Source of the DNA: an uncultured delta proteobacterium
GTDB lineage: Bacteria; Myxococcota_A; Polyangia; Polyangiales; JAFGIB01
Assembly: GCA_963778655.1 (NCBI GenBank)
Contig: CAVZVA010000010.1
Location: 1,216,001 to 1,280,000 of the forward strand
Reading direction: 5' to 3'
DNA: 64,000 bases
Every line of letters begins with the position of its first letter. Position 1 is the stretch's first letter. This document shows, one piece after another, positions 1 through 9,776 of this stretch. The notes under the pieces are model-generated. The model was given only the letters and a program-made list of their open reading frames with translations, was not told the DNA's origin and did no database searches. The position numbers were made by a program, and so were the translations under genes.

Positions 1-2
1 GC

Positions 3-287
3 CTGCTGTCGCTGGCCGACATGGAGCGGCGCAGCGGCGTGCTGCAGCTGGTACACCAGGGCGAGCGCGCCACGCTGCACCTGCGCGAAGGCGCGGTCGT
101 GCGCATCGACCTGGCCGAGCAGTTCGACGGGCTCGCCGGGATCGAGCGCTTCTTCCACGTGCTCGACTGGCCTGCCGGCAGCTTCGAGCTGATCCACACC
201 GAGGTGCTGGCCGACGACGTGCTGCAGCTGCGCACTCCGTTCGTGCTGCTCGAGCACGCCCGCTGCCGCGACGAAGAGCAGCGGTAG
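3..287 (+). CDS. DUF4388-domain protein, C-terminal part (5'-truncated by window edge)
   Basis: Frame open from the window start; LLSLADMERRSGVL...LHLREGAVV...LDWPAGSFEL...LLEHARCRDE pattern typical of DUF4388. Confidence 0.7.
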   Translation: MLSLADMERRSGVLQLVHQGERATLHLREGAVVRIDLAEQFDGLAGIERFFHVLDWPAGSFELIHTEVLADDVLQLRTPFVLLEHARCRDEEQR

Positions 288-298
288 CAGGAGCTCCA

Positions 299-356
299 AC
301 GGAAAGCACGGAAGACGGTCAGGGAACGGACCGGGTGTGACTTCCCGCTTTCCCGT
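299..356. repeat. Octamer-based (RCGGGAAG) inverted repeat, copy 1
   Basis: acggaaagcacggaag ... cttcccgctttcccgt, between convergent genes. Confidence 0.55.
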
Positions 357-394
357 CATCTCATTCCGATCCGCCCGCCCGCGCGCGAAGGCGG

Positions 395-3300
395 TCAGCC
401 CGCGGTCAGGCCGGTCAGCCAGGCGGTGACCGAGGTGACGTCGCCCGAGTCGAACCAGGAACGGCTCAGGTGCGAGGCGATGTCGCTCGGATCGGAAAAC
501 GGCTTGTCCGGATCGACGATCAACACCGCCAGGCCGGTGACCTCGAAGCGCCCCCGCGAGCTGTGCCCGATCAGGGTCGGGTGCATCCGTCGGCCGGGCC
601 CCGCCAGCTCCGCGAGCTTGAGCGCGGGCTCGGGCGTGTACAACTCGGTGTCCGAGCCGGACGCGGTGGTATCGTTCTCGATTACCTCCGCGCGCAGCTG
701 CTCGGCCACGGCTTGCGACAGGCCCGATGGCGGTTCCTCCAGCCCGGATTGCGCCACCAGGAACGGGCCGCCGCTCTCGATCGCGTACAGGAAGCCACCG
801 AGCGCGCCGCTGCGCACGACCAGCAGGTCGAGCCCCAAGCGTGCGCGCTCGCGCGGGCCGGGACAGGCCGAAAGCGCCGAGGTGATGTGGCTCGCGGCGG
901 CCTGTGCGGTCAACAGCGCCGCCGGTCCGCCCGCGCCGGTCGCGCTCCCATCGCGGCCGCGCGCCTCGCGCAGCAGCCGCTCGTGCTTGGCGATCAGCGC
1001 GCGGTTGGAGCACGCGCGGAACACGGCGGCGCAACGCCTGGCGTGGTGCTCGTGCTGCGCGTGGTCGCCGAGCCGGATCGCGACGCGGGCGCGGGTTTCG
1101 TGCGCGAGCCCGAGGTTGAGCCCGTGCGCGCCGAGTCGCTCGTGGTAGGCGAGCGCTGCATCGGCCAGCGCTTCGGCCTGCTCCCGCTCGCCGAGCCCCG
1201 CGTGCACGCAGGCCAGCGACTGCTCGATGCAGTTGCGACCGTAGCCGAGCTCGTTGTGCGCGGCGGCCTGCAGGTACTGCAAGCCGAGATCACGCGCCTG
1301 CTCGCGCTGCTCCAGCGAGTCGAGCACCTTCAGGCGAGCGGCCGCGATCTCGCCCCACAGCACGTGACTTCCGGCCGAGGTCAGCTCGAGCGCGCGCTCG
1401 AGCTGCTGCAGCGCCGCCGCGGCGTCGCCGCGAATGCGGTGATACTCGGCGCGCGCGTAGCACAGGACCGGCACCCAGTCGGGCAAGTTGTTCGCCATCT
1501 GCGCGATCGGGTCGATGGTCTGCTTCACCCGCAGCAGATCGTCGGAGGCTGCATGCGCGACGATCTCGGGTATCAGGTGGCTGCCTTCGGACCAGACGCG
1601 GCCGGTGTTCTGGATCCTGCGCAGCTCGATCTGGCGCTTGTAGCGTTCGGTGGCTCGCGCGTCGCCCTGCCACAGGTGATAGATCATGGTGATGATCAGC
1701 GCGTTGACCTCGTGCATGGGGTCGTCGCAGATCGCCTTCGCACGGCCCAAAGCTGCATCGAGCCCCAGCATCGCCTCCAGCATGCCGAGCGCGTAGGTCA
1801 CGCCGTAGGTCGTGTACCTATGGTGCGACTGGTCGAGGCCCGCGCGGTCGGGCTGATTGGCGCGGTCGAGCAGCGCTTGATAGATCGTGCGGGCCTGCTC
1901 GGTGCGGCCGGTGATGCGCGCACGCACGCCTCGCCTGAGCACGTCCAGCACGCCGAGCGCCGGCGACAGCGGCTCGAACGGGGCGAGCGACGGCACCTTC
2001 GCCCACAGCTCGAGGTCGAGTCGCGCCGCCACCGGCCCGATCGCGGCGACGCAAGCGCGCGCCAGCGGGCGCAGCGCGGCGACCGGCTCATGCACGCGGT
2101 CGCGTTCCGGAGTCTGCTCGTAGCGCGCCTGCGCCAGCTCGAAGCTCTTGCTCAAGCGAGCCGACGGCTCGAGCGCCGGGTCGAGCGACTCGTAGATGTC
2201 GAGCCCGCTGTCGCGCCGCATGTGCGCCATCAGCTCGACCACCGAGTCGACGTCTCCAAACGAAACGCCCTCGATCCCGGCTGCACGGCTGTAGAGCGCC
2301 TGCAGCTCGGCGCGCGGGCGGCCGAGCTTCGCGCACAGCTCGGCGCCGAGTCGGTAGGTCGCCGCCCAGTCCGGCGGTAGCGAGGCCAGCAGCCTCGTGA
2401 ACGCCTCGGGATCGGGGTCGGTGCGCGCCTGCGAGCTGCGCGCGTGCGCTACCAGCGCGTCGAGCCCGCGCGCCTCCTCGCCGGCCAGCAGCAGGTGCTG
2501 GGCCGCGCGGAAGGCGTCGTCGCTGCGGCGCTCGAACAGCGCGCTCAGGCGCAGGTGCAGCGGGCGCAGGCGCTCGGGTGCGATGCCCTGGAGCAGCAGC
2601 GAGACCCAGGCGTGCTGCGCGAGCTCGAAGCGCCGGCCGACGGCACGCAGCACGCCGGCCAGCAACAGCTCGTCGACGCTGCGCAGCGAGCGCGCGGCAT
2701 CGCCGTGGCCGCCGAGCGTGAGCGCCTCGTCGAAGCCGATGCCCAGCTCGGGCGCCAGCGCCAGCGCCTGGGCGAGCGCGAGCGCGTCCTCGCTGAGCGC
2801 GTCGAGCCGCGCGCCGCGCGCCTGGGCGATGCTCGAGGGCAGGTCGCCGTCGTCGATGCGCGCGGGCAGCGACCACGAGCCCGACTCGTAGCGGATCGCC
2901 CCGCGGTCGACCAGGTGCTGCGCGAGCTGCATCACGTCGCGCGGGTTGCCATCTGCGATCGCGTGCAGCTTGTGAGCCACGAGCTCCAGATGCGGCACCT
3001 GGCCGAACACGGTACGCAGCAGCTCGCGCACTTCGTCGGGGTCGAGGTTGTCGAGCTGCAGGCGCGTGCTGGCTTCGCGTAGCACCTTGAGCACGCCGAA
3101 CGACGCCTCGGCCGCGGATTGGTGGGCGCTGACCACGATCGCCAGGGCGTTACGCGAGATCTCGTCGGTGAGCAGGGCGACGAACGCTGCTGAAGGCTCG
3201 TCGACCGCCTCCACGTCGTCGACGCCGAGCACCAGCGGGCGCTGCTTGCTGACATCGGTGAACCACTCGCGCAGCGCCTGCTGTACCCGCGGCCGGCGCT

Positions 3301-4534
3301 GCTGGGGGTCGTCGAACGCTTCCAGCGAAAGCTCGGGCATGCGCGCGCGCAGCTCCGGCAGCACGTGGGCGAGCACGCTCGCCCGAGGGCGCGCACAGCA
3401 CAGGCTCACCTCGGGGAGCTTGTCGAACAGCTGCGCGGCCAGCGTGCGCACGGCGCCATACTCGCCGCGTTGCGCGTCCCCCGCATCGGCGCGCAGCACG
3501 ACCGCGCCCAACAACTTGGCCTCGAGCATGCAGGCGTCGAACAAGCGCGAGCGACCCACGCCGGGTGCGCCGAGGAGCATGGTGGCGCTGCCGCGACCCT
3601 CGCGCGCGCGCTCGATCTTCTTGCGCACGCGCGCGAGCTGCGGCTGGCGGCCGACCAGCACCGGCGTGTCGAGATACGCGGCCGAGACCAACAGCTGCTC
3701 GTCCGCGGGCAGATTCGCCAGCGCGGACAGCCGTTCCATCACCTCCGCGGCGTTGACCGGACGCGCGCTCGGGTCGTGGCTGAGCATGCTCATCACCAGC
3801 GCGTCGAGGGCCTGGGGGATGTCGGGGACGAACGCGGACGGGGGTGCCGGAGCCTGCTGCCACAGCGTGCGCAGGTGGCGGAAGTCGCGCGCCGGATAGG
3901 CGTGGCGGCCGACCAGCGCGTGATAGAAGGTGGCGCCGAGCGAATACAGGTCGGCGCGCGCGTCGAGCGGCTCCAGGTTCAGCACTTCGGGCGCGCAGAT
4001 CGGCGGCGTGCCCACGACCTGCTTGGCCGGCCCCATCGGGGTCATGGCGCCAAAGTCGATCAGCTTGGCCAGGCCGTCGGTCGTGCAGCGGATGTTGCGC
4101 GGGCTCAGATCGCGGTGCACCAGGCGCCGGGAGTGCAGCAGCGCGAGCACCGAGCACACGTCGCGCATCAGGCTGCACGCGCGCCGCCACGGCACCGGGG
4201 CCAGGGCGTGCAGGTCGCCGCCATCGAGCAGCTCCATCGTGTAGTGCGGGCCGCTGTCGTCGACCACGTAGTCGTGGACCTGCACCACGCGCGGATGCGA
4301 GAGCTGCGAGAGCACGTGGAACTCGCGCTCGAACAGCGCGCGGGCCTTGGCGTGGCGCTCGGGCTGCTGCACCGGGCGCAGTCGTTTGAGCGCGAGCAGC
4401 TTGCCGCTCGCGCCGTCGCGCACCTTCTGCACCACTGCCATGCCGCCCTCGCCGAGCTGCTCGATCAGCTGGTAGCGGTCCGGGCTTTCGGACGCAGGCT
4501 CGGCAGGCACGGGCGGCGCGACGCTAGCGGACAT
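395..4534 (-). CDS. Hanks-type Ser/Thr protein kinase fused to an AAA/STAND-like NTPase and a helical (TPR-like) region
   Basis: GEGGMA, ALK, HRDLSPRN, DFG, GTPPICAPE motifs; P-loop-like GAPGVGRS and Walker B LGVDD. Confidence 0.9.
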   Translation of the reverse strand: MSASVAPPVPAEPASESPDRYQLIEQLGEGGMAVVQKVRDGASGKLLALKRLRPVQQPERHAKARALFEREFHVLSQLSHPRVVQVHDYVVDDSGPHYTMELLDGGDLHALAPVPWRRACSLMRDVCSVLALLHSRRLVHRDLSPRNIRCTTDGLAKLIDFGAMTPMGPAKQVVGTPPICAPEVLNLEPLDARADLYSLGATFYHALVGRHAYPARDFRHLRTLWQQAPAPPSAFVPDIPQALDALVMSMLSHDPSARPVNAAEVMERLSALANLPADEQLLVSAAYLDTPVLVGRQPQLARVRKKIERAREGRGSATMLLGAPGVGRSRLFDACMLEAKLLGAVVLRADAGDAQRGEYGAVRTLAAQLFDKLPEVSLCCARPRASVLAHVLPELRARMPELSLEAFDDPQQRRPRVQQALREWFTDVSKQRPLVLGVDDVEAVDEPSAAFVALLTDEISRNALAIVVSAHQSAAEASFGVLKVLREASTRLQLDNLDPDEVRELLRTVFGQVPHLELVAHKLHAIADGNPRDVMQLAQHLVDRGAIRYESGSWSLPARIDDGDLPSSIAQARGARLDALSEDALALAQALALAPELGIGFDEALTLGGHGDAARSLRSVDELLLAGVLRAVGRRFELAQHAWVSLLLQGIAPERLRPLHLRLSALFERRSDDAFRAAQHLLLAGEEARGLDALVAHARSSQARTDPDPEAFTRLLASLPPDWAATYRLGAELCAKLGRPRAELQALYSRAAGIEGVSFGDVDSVVELMAHMRRDSGLDIYESLDPALEPSARLSKSFELAQARYEQTPERDRVHEPVAALRPLARACVAAIGPVAARLDLELWAKVPSLAPFEPLSPALGVLDVLRRGVRARITGRTEQARTIYQALLDRANQPDRAGLDQSHHRYTTYGVTYALGMLEAMLGLDAALGRAKAICDDPMHEVNALIITMIYHLWQGDARATERYKRQIELRRIQNTGRVWSEGSHLIPEIVAHAASDDLLRVKQTIDPIAQMANNLPDWVPVLCYARAEYHRIRGDAAAALQQLERALELTSAGSHVLWGEIAAARLKVLDSLEQREQARDLGLQYLQAAAHNELGYGRNCIEQSLACVHAGLGEREQAEALADAALAYHERLGAHGLNLGLAHETRARVAIRLGDHAQHEHHARRCAAVFRACSNRALIAKHERLLREARGRDGSATGAGGPAALLTAQAAASHITSALSACPGPRERARLGLDLLVVRSGALGGFLYAIESGGPFLVAQSGLEEPPSGLSQAVAEQLRAEVIENDTTASGSDTELYTPEPALKLAELAGPGRRMHPTLIGHSSRGRFEVTGLAVLIVDPDKPFSDPSDIASHLSRSWFDSGDVTSVTAWLTGLTAG

Positions 4535-4704
4535 GCTTCATATTTCTAGATAACTGCAGTATGATTGTATTCTGTCGCGACCAAGGGGTCAACGGTCCTG
4601 GACGCGTTGACGATGCGCCTGGAAGACCCGCGGCCCCCAAATCTTGGCTTCCGCGGGCCAGATCCCGTCGGGCTAGCCGCGCGCGGGATTGCTCCGGCGC
4701 GCGC

Positions 4705-5352
4705 TCACAGCGACTGCACCAGGTGCCAGAACAGCTCGCCGGTGCAGACCGTGGTCTCGATCTTGCCGATGCGGATGTCGTCGCCCGCCGTGACCGGCAC
4801 CAGCGTGCGCGCAGCCAAAGCGGTGCCGTTGACGGTGGTGCCGTTCTTGCTGCCCGCGTCCGCCACGCACAGCCGGCCCTGTTCGTCGTGCTCGAACCAG
4901 GCGTGGAACTTGGAGATGTTGCGGCTGCGCAGCGAGATGTCCTTGTTGAGCGCGCGGCCGACCGAGATGCGATCGGAGAACGCACCCGCCTGCTTCGCGA
5001 TCGGCACCGGGAAGCACGGCGCCACGCTGATCCAGCGCGCCAGCTGCTCGACATCGAAGCGCGGCGCGCCGTCGCGGCCCGCGGTCTGCGTGCGGTCGAG
5101 GTCGTCCACGTCGGCCATGGCCGTGTGGAAGTCGAGCACGCCCGGCGCTTTGGGCTGGGCCAGGCCCGCGCCGTAGCGCTGGGTCAACCCGGTCGCGAGC
5201 TCGGCCTCTTGCGCATCGAGCCGGACCAGCAAGATGTTCTGGCAGTCGTTACGCTTGATGAACTTTTCGAGCGGCAACAGCTGCGCGAGATCGAGCAGAT
5301 GGCTGGCCATCAGCCGGTGACGAATCGTCTCGCGTTGTAGCTCCGATCGCAT
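4705..5352 (-). CDS. FHA domain protein
   Basis: VGR...ISKFHA...GSKNGT FHA motifs; upstream of the kinase on the same strand; start uncertain. Confidence 0.85.
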   Translation of the reverse strand: MRSELQRETIRHRLMASHLLDLAQLLPLEKFIKRNDCQNILLVRLDAQEAELATGLTQRYGAGLAQPKAPGVLDFHTAMADVDDLDRTQTAGRDGAPRFDVEQLARWISVAPCFPVPIAKQAGAFSDRISVGRALNKDISLRSRNISKFHAWFEHDEQGRLCVADAGSKNGTTVNGTALAARTLVPVTAGDDIRIGKIETTVCTGELFWHLVQSL

Positions 5353-5501
5353 GGAGGTGACTCATGATCATATTCGCACCTCGAGGTCCGGCGCCAATAC
5401 AAAACCCGCTGGCGCTTGCGGTGCGAAACCACCCTGCCTCCCACGCGCGCACATGCTCCTGGCGCAGCGGCCCGAGTGGGCGGCCGGACTGGGAATTTTC
5501 A

Positions 5502-5565
5502 CAGGAACACGGGAAGGCGGGAAGCCCAGATGTAGGTCTATTCTTCCCGCCTTCGCGTCTTCCTG
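5502..5565. repeat. Octamer-based inverted repeat, copy 2
   Basis: caggaacacgggaaggcgggaag / cttcccgccttcgcgtcttcctg, 23-bp arms with 2 mismatches; just downstream of the thiolase-like stop. Confidence 0.75.
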
Positions 5566-5604
5566 CTCAACCACTGGAGAGCCGCTCCGGGCGGGCGACT
5601 GCGC

Positions 5605-6747
5605 TCACGGCTCCTGGTTGGTCATGATGATGGTACCGCTGGCCGCGAACATCCCGCCCACGCCGTGGGCGATCGAAATCTTGGCGTCCGGCACTTGTGC
5701 CGGGGCGATGCCGCGCAGCTGGCGCACGCTCTCTTGCAGCGCGTACATGCCGTACATGCCCGAGTGCATGTAGCTCAGGCCGCCGCCGTTGGTGTTGAGC
5801 GGCAGCTTGCCGCCGGGCGCGGTGTTGCGCTGCTCGATGAAGCGTGCCGCCTGGCCCTTGTCGCAGAAGCCCATGTCCTCGAGGCCGTACAGCGGCAGGT
5901 GCGCGAAGGCGTCGTAGATCATCAGATGGTCGACGTCGCGATGCGCGATCCCCGCCTCGGCGAACGCCTTGCGCGCCGAAACGCGAAACGCCTTGCTGCT
6001 TGTGAAGTCCTCCATCTGACTCACCATCGGCGTCTCCACGCTCTCGCCGGTGCCCACGACGTAGACTGGCTTGCGCGGGAAGTCCTTGGCGCGGCTCGCG
6101 CTGGTCAGGATCAACGCGCCGCCGCCGTCGGTCACCAGGCAGCACATCAGCTTGCGGAAGGGGTAGGCGATCATGCGCGACGACAGCACGTCCTGCACGC
6201 TGATCGGATCGCGGTACGAGGCGCGCGGGTTCTTGGCGGCCCATTCGCGCTGGATCACGGCCACCATCGCCAGCTGCTCCTCGCTCACGCCGTAGGTCTT
6301 CATGTAGCGCAGCGCCGGAATCGTAAACAGCGTGGGCGGGCCCATCGGGCCGTAGGGCATCTCGAACTGCGCGGCCAGCGACGCGCCGCCGCCACGGAAG
6401 CCGCCACGGCCAACGTTGCTCTTGCCGCTCTCGCCGTGCGTGATCAGCACGATGCTGCACAAGCCCTCGTTGATCGCGGCCGCGGCGTGGCGCACGTGCA
6501 GCATGAACGAGCAGCCGCCCACGCTGGTACCGTCGACCCAGGTAGGCGTGATGCCGAGGTGATAGGCCACGCCCGTCGGCGACTCGCCCGCGGTGGCGAC
6601 GCCATCGATTTCGCTGGGCTTGAGGCCGCAGTCGGCCAGCGCGTTGAGCGCCGCGTCACAGTGCAGCTCGATCTGGGAGGTGTTGGGAATCTCGCCGAGC
6701 TCGGTCGTCTCGGCCGCCCCGACGATGGCCACGCTCTTCGGCTTCAT
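5605..6747 (-). CDS. Thiolase-superfamily protein (SCP-x/Ltp2-like, non-canonical)
   Basis: Starts MKPKSVAIVG; CCLVTDGGGA, IYDAF, NTNGGGLSYMH, ESVRQLRG; corresponds to the C-terminal part of ORF 5605..8718. Confidence 0.88.
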   Translation of the reverse strand: MKPKSVAIVGAAETTELGEIPNTSQIELHCDAALNALADCGLKPSEIDGVATAGESPTGVAYHLGITPTWVDGTSVGGCSFMLHVRHAAAAINEGLCSIVLITHGESGKSNVGRGGFRGGGASLAAQFEMPYGPMGPPTLFTIPALRYMKTYGVSEEQLAMVAVIQREWAAKNPRASYRDPISVQDVLSSRMIAYPFRKLMCCLVTDGGGALILTSASRAKDFPRKPVYVVGTGESVETPMVSQMEDFTSSKAFRVSARKAFAEAGIAHRDVDHLMIYDAFAHLPLYGLEDMGFCDKGQAARFIEQRNTAPGGKLPLNTNGGGLSYMHSGMYGMYALQESVRQLRGIAPAQVPDAKISIAHGVGGMFAASGTIIMTNQEP

Positions 6748-6752
6748 GCAGG

Positions 6753-7169
6753 TTACCTCGGCCTCGGCTGAAAGGTGGGCAGGGTGATGTCCTCGCTGAG
6801 CTTCGTGAACGCCACCTCGAGCTCCATGTCGAGCTGCAGCGCCTCGGGCGTCTGCGGGCAGTTGATGACGTTGGTCATCATGCGAGGCCCTTCCTGCAGC
6901 TGGACCACCGCGATCGAGTAGGGCGGCTTGAAGCCCGGCACCGGGCGCTGGTGGATCACGTAGCTGTAGAGCCTGCCGCGACCGCTGGCCGTGAACCAGC
7001 TGACCTTGCGGCCGGCGCACTTGGGGCAGAACGACCGTGGCGGGAAGTACACGTGCGCGCAGGCGTCGCAGCGCTGCAGCCGCAGCTCGCCGGCCTTGGT
7101 GCCCTCCCAGAAGGGGCGGGTCTCGGGTGTGGGCGTGGGCACGAAACGTTTGGGCTCGAAGGCTGGCAC
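6753..7169 (-). CDS. DUF35 Zn-ribbon/OB-fold protein
   Basis: PFW...LQRC.AC...PPRSFCP.C, G.LYSY, VQLQEGPR; adjacent to the thiolase-like gene. Confidence 0.9.
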   Translation of the reverse strand: MPAFEPKRFVPTPTPETRPFWEGTKAGELRLQRCDACAHVYFPPRSFCPKCAGRKVSWFTASGRGRLYSYVIHQRPVPGFKPPYSIAVVQLQEGPRMMTNVINCPQTPEALQLDMELEVAFTKLSEDITLPTFQPRPR

Positions 7170-7178
7170 GGTGCGCTC

Positions 7179-8831
7179 CTATAACTGGGCCGCGGCGCGA
7201 TAGCGCTCGCGTAGCGCGCGCTTGTACAGCTTGCCGTTGTCCTGCCGCGGAAGCGTCGCGACGAAGTCGACGCCGCGCGGGCACTTGTAGTGAGCAAGCC
7301 GCTGCCGGCAGTGCTCGATCAGCTCGCTTTGTAGCTCCGGCGAGGCTTCGGCTCCCGGCTGCAGCTCGACCACGGCCTTGACCTCCTCGCCCCACTCGGG
7401 GTTGGGCACGCCGATCACGGCGACGTCGCCGACCGCCGGGTGGGTGAGCAGCACCGCCTCGACCTCGGCCGGATAGATGTTCACGCCGCCCGAAATGATT
7501 AGGTTCGCGCTGCGGTCGGTGAGGAACAGGTAACCGTCCTCGTCGAGATAGCCCACGTCGCCCAGCGTGAAGTGGTCGCCGCGGTACGCGCTCTGCGTCT
7601 TCTGCTCGTCCTTGTAGTAGTCGAAGCGTCCCTGGCGCGAAGACATGTACACCGTGCCGATCTGGCCGGGGGGCAGCTGGTTGCCCTCGTCGTCCAGGAT
7701 CCTGATGTGCCCATCGGTGCTGGCCTTGCCCACCGTGCCCGGCTTCTTGAGCCAGGTCTCCGAGTCCACCAGCGTGCCCACGCCCTCGGTCGCGCCGTAG
7801 TACTCGTGCACGATCGGACCGAGCCACTCGATCAGCTTGTGCTTGATCGGCACCGGGCAAGGCGCCGCGCCGTGCAACACGAACTGCAGCGAGGAAAGAT
7901 CGTATTTCGCGCGCACCGCCTCGGGCAGCGAGAGCAGGCGGTGGAACATCGTCGGCACCATGTGCGTGTGGGTGACGCGGTGGGCCTGGATCAGCTGCAG
8001 CGTCTGCTCGGCGTTCCAGCCGTCCATCATCACCACCGCGCAGCCGAACAGGTGCGGGATGGTGAGCGAGAAGCCGAGCGGCGCGGCGTGGTAGAGCGGG
8101 CCCGTGCACAGGTGCACGCCCAGTCCCGGCTTGTAGTTGCCGGCCATCAGCGTGGGAGCCGCCGCCGGCGCCGCGCCCGCATCCGCGCCGCCGCCGGGCG
8201 GGCCCGGCGGGGTCGACACCGGGCGATGCACGCCCTTGGGGCGCCCAGTGGTCCCCGAGGTGTAGAGCATGGCGGTGCCCACGGACGGATCCTCGATGTC
8301 GCTGCCGTCCTGCCCTTGCAGCGCGTCCTCGTAGCGTTCGAAGCCGGCGAGATCGCCGCCCACCGCCAACCGCACGCTCGCGTGCGGCGCGGCCGCCGCC
8401 GCCGCCTGCGCGACCTCCGTGAAGCGCGCCTCGGCGATGAAGGCCTTGGCGTCGCAGTCGTGCACGATGTAGCCGGCTTCCTCGCCGGTGAGGTGCCAGT
8501 TGACGGGCGTCAAGCGCATACCGGCGCGCCGCGTGGCGGCCAGCGTCTCGACGTACTCGGCGCGGTTGCTGCACAGCAGCGCCACGCCGTCGCCGGCGTG
8601 GAGGCCGCGCGCGCGCAGGGCGCGAGCGAGCTGGTTGGCGCGCGCGTTGAGCTCGGCGAAGGTGCGCGTGCGGTACTCGTCCACCACCGCCGGTGCATCC
8701 GGCAGCAGCTCGGCCCACACCGCAGAGGTCATGCCGTTGCGCATGGCCGCAAACAGCTTCTGCCAGGCCAGCGCGCGGAATTCCGGGCTGTCCACGGGCG
8801 GTGTTTGAATTCTATTCACTTCTGGTCTCAT
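7179..8831 (-). CDS. Acyl-CoA synthetase (AMP-forming)
   Basis: [40 protein letters not shown]. Confidence 0.92.
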   Translation of the reverse strand: MRPEVNRIQTPPVDSPEFRALAWQKLFAAMRNGMTSAVWAELLPDAPAVVDEYRTRTFAELNARANQLARALRARGLHAGDGVALLCSNRAEYVETLAATRRAGMRLTPVNWHLTGEEAGYIVHDCDAKAFIAEARFTEVAQAAAAAAPHASVRLAVGGDLAGFERYEDALQGQDGSDIEDPSVGTAMLYTSGTTGRPKGVHRPVSTPPGPPGGGADAGAAPAAAPTLMAGNYKPGLGVHLCTGPLYHAAPLGFSLTIPHLFGCAVVMMDGWNAEQTLQLIQAHRVTHTHMVPTMFHRLLSLPEAVRAKYDLSSLQFVLHGAAPCPVPIKHKLIEWLGPIVHEYYGATEGVGTLVDSETWLKKPGTVGKASTDGHIRILDDEGNQLPPGQIGTVYMSSRQGRFDYYKDEQKTQSAYRGDHFTLGDVGYLDEDGYLFLTDRSANLIISGGVNIYPAEVEAVLLTHPAVGDVAVIGVPNPEWGEEVKAVVELQPGAEASPELQSELIEHCRQRLAHYKCPRGVDFVATLPRQDNGKLYKRALRERYRAAAQL

Positions 8832-8900
8832 AGTCTCGGTCCGGAGCCGAAGTCAACCCGTTGCTTTAGACTCATAGCCCGGATCGCGGGGAGGAACCAG

Positions 8901-9755
8901 ATGGGCAAGCTAGAGGGAAAAGTCGCCATCGTCACAGGGGCCAGCCGCGGCATCGGCAAGGCCATCGCAGAGCTGTTCGCAGAGCAGGGGGCCAAGGTGG
9001 TGTGCACCGCGCGCACGCTCGAGGAGGGCGACCACCCCTCGCTGCCGGGCTCGCTGCGCGCCACGGTCGGTGCCATCGAGCAGGCCGGCGGCCGCGCGCT
9101 CGCGGCGGCCTGCGACGTCTCCGACTTCGAGGCCTGCGAGCGCACGGTGGCCGAGGCGCGCGCGGCCTTCGGCCCCATCGACGTGCTGGTCAACAACGCG
9201 GCGCTTACCTATTTCATTCCGGTCGCGGATTTTCCACCCGCCAGGTGGCTCAAGTCGTTTGCGGTCAACGTGCACGGGCCGTTCTACATGAGCAAGCTGG
9301 TGCTGCCGGACATGCTGGCGCGCAAGAGCGGCGCGATCGTCAACATCAGCAGCGGCGCGGCGATTGGGCCCGGCCGCGGCCCCTACAAGGAAGCCTTGCG
9401 CCGCGGCCGCGGCGGCACGCTGTACGGCGCCGAGAAGGCCGCGCTCGAGCGTTTCACCCAGGGGCTGGCGGCGGAGGTCTACGCGGACGGCGTGAGCGTG
9501 AGTTGCGTGAGCCCCTCGATGGTGGTGGCCACGCCTGGCGTGCTGCACCACAAGCTGGTGCGCAGCAAGGATGACCCCAACGCCGAGCCCGAGAGCATGA
9601 TGGCGCAGGCCGCGCTGCTGCTGGCGACCGAGCCGCTCGACAAGGTCACCGGCCGCGTCACCTACAGCCAGCAGATCCTCAAGGAGCTCGCCGGGCTCGA
9701 GAACGCGCGCGGCCTGGGCGTACAGCGACCGGGCTCGGGCTACTCGCAGATCTGA
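8901..9755 (+). CDS. SDR family oxidoreductase
   Basis: RBS ggagg before the ATG; TGASRGIG, LVNNA, NISS, YGAEK. Confidence 0.92.
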   Translation: MGKLEGKVAIVTGASRGIGKAIAELFAEQGAKVVCTARTLEEGDHPSLPGSLRATVGAIEQAGGRALAAACDVSDFEACERTVAEARAAFGPIDVLVNNAALTYFIPVADFPPARWLKSFAVNVHGPFYMSKLVLPDMLARKSGAIVNISSGAAIGPGRGPYKEALRRGRGGTLYGAEKAALERFTQGLAAEVYADGVSVSCVSPSMVVATPGVLHHKLVRSKDDPNAEPESMMAQAALLLATEPLDKVTGRVTYSQQILKELAGLENARGLGVQRPGSGYSQI

Positions 9756-9776
9756 GCCCCGCGGCCGGCAGGGCCC

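Noticed and set aside
5605..8718. 1037-aa thiolase fusion ORF
   Set aside because: The upstream part overlaps the DUF35 and CoA ligase genes in other frames; the real start is at 6747
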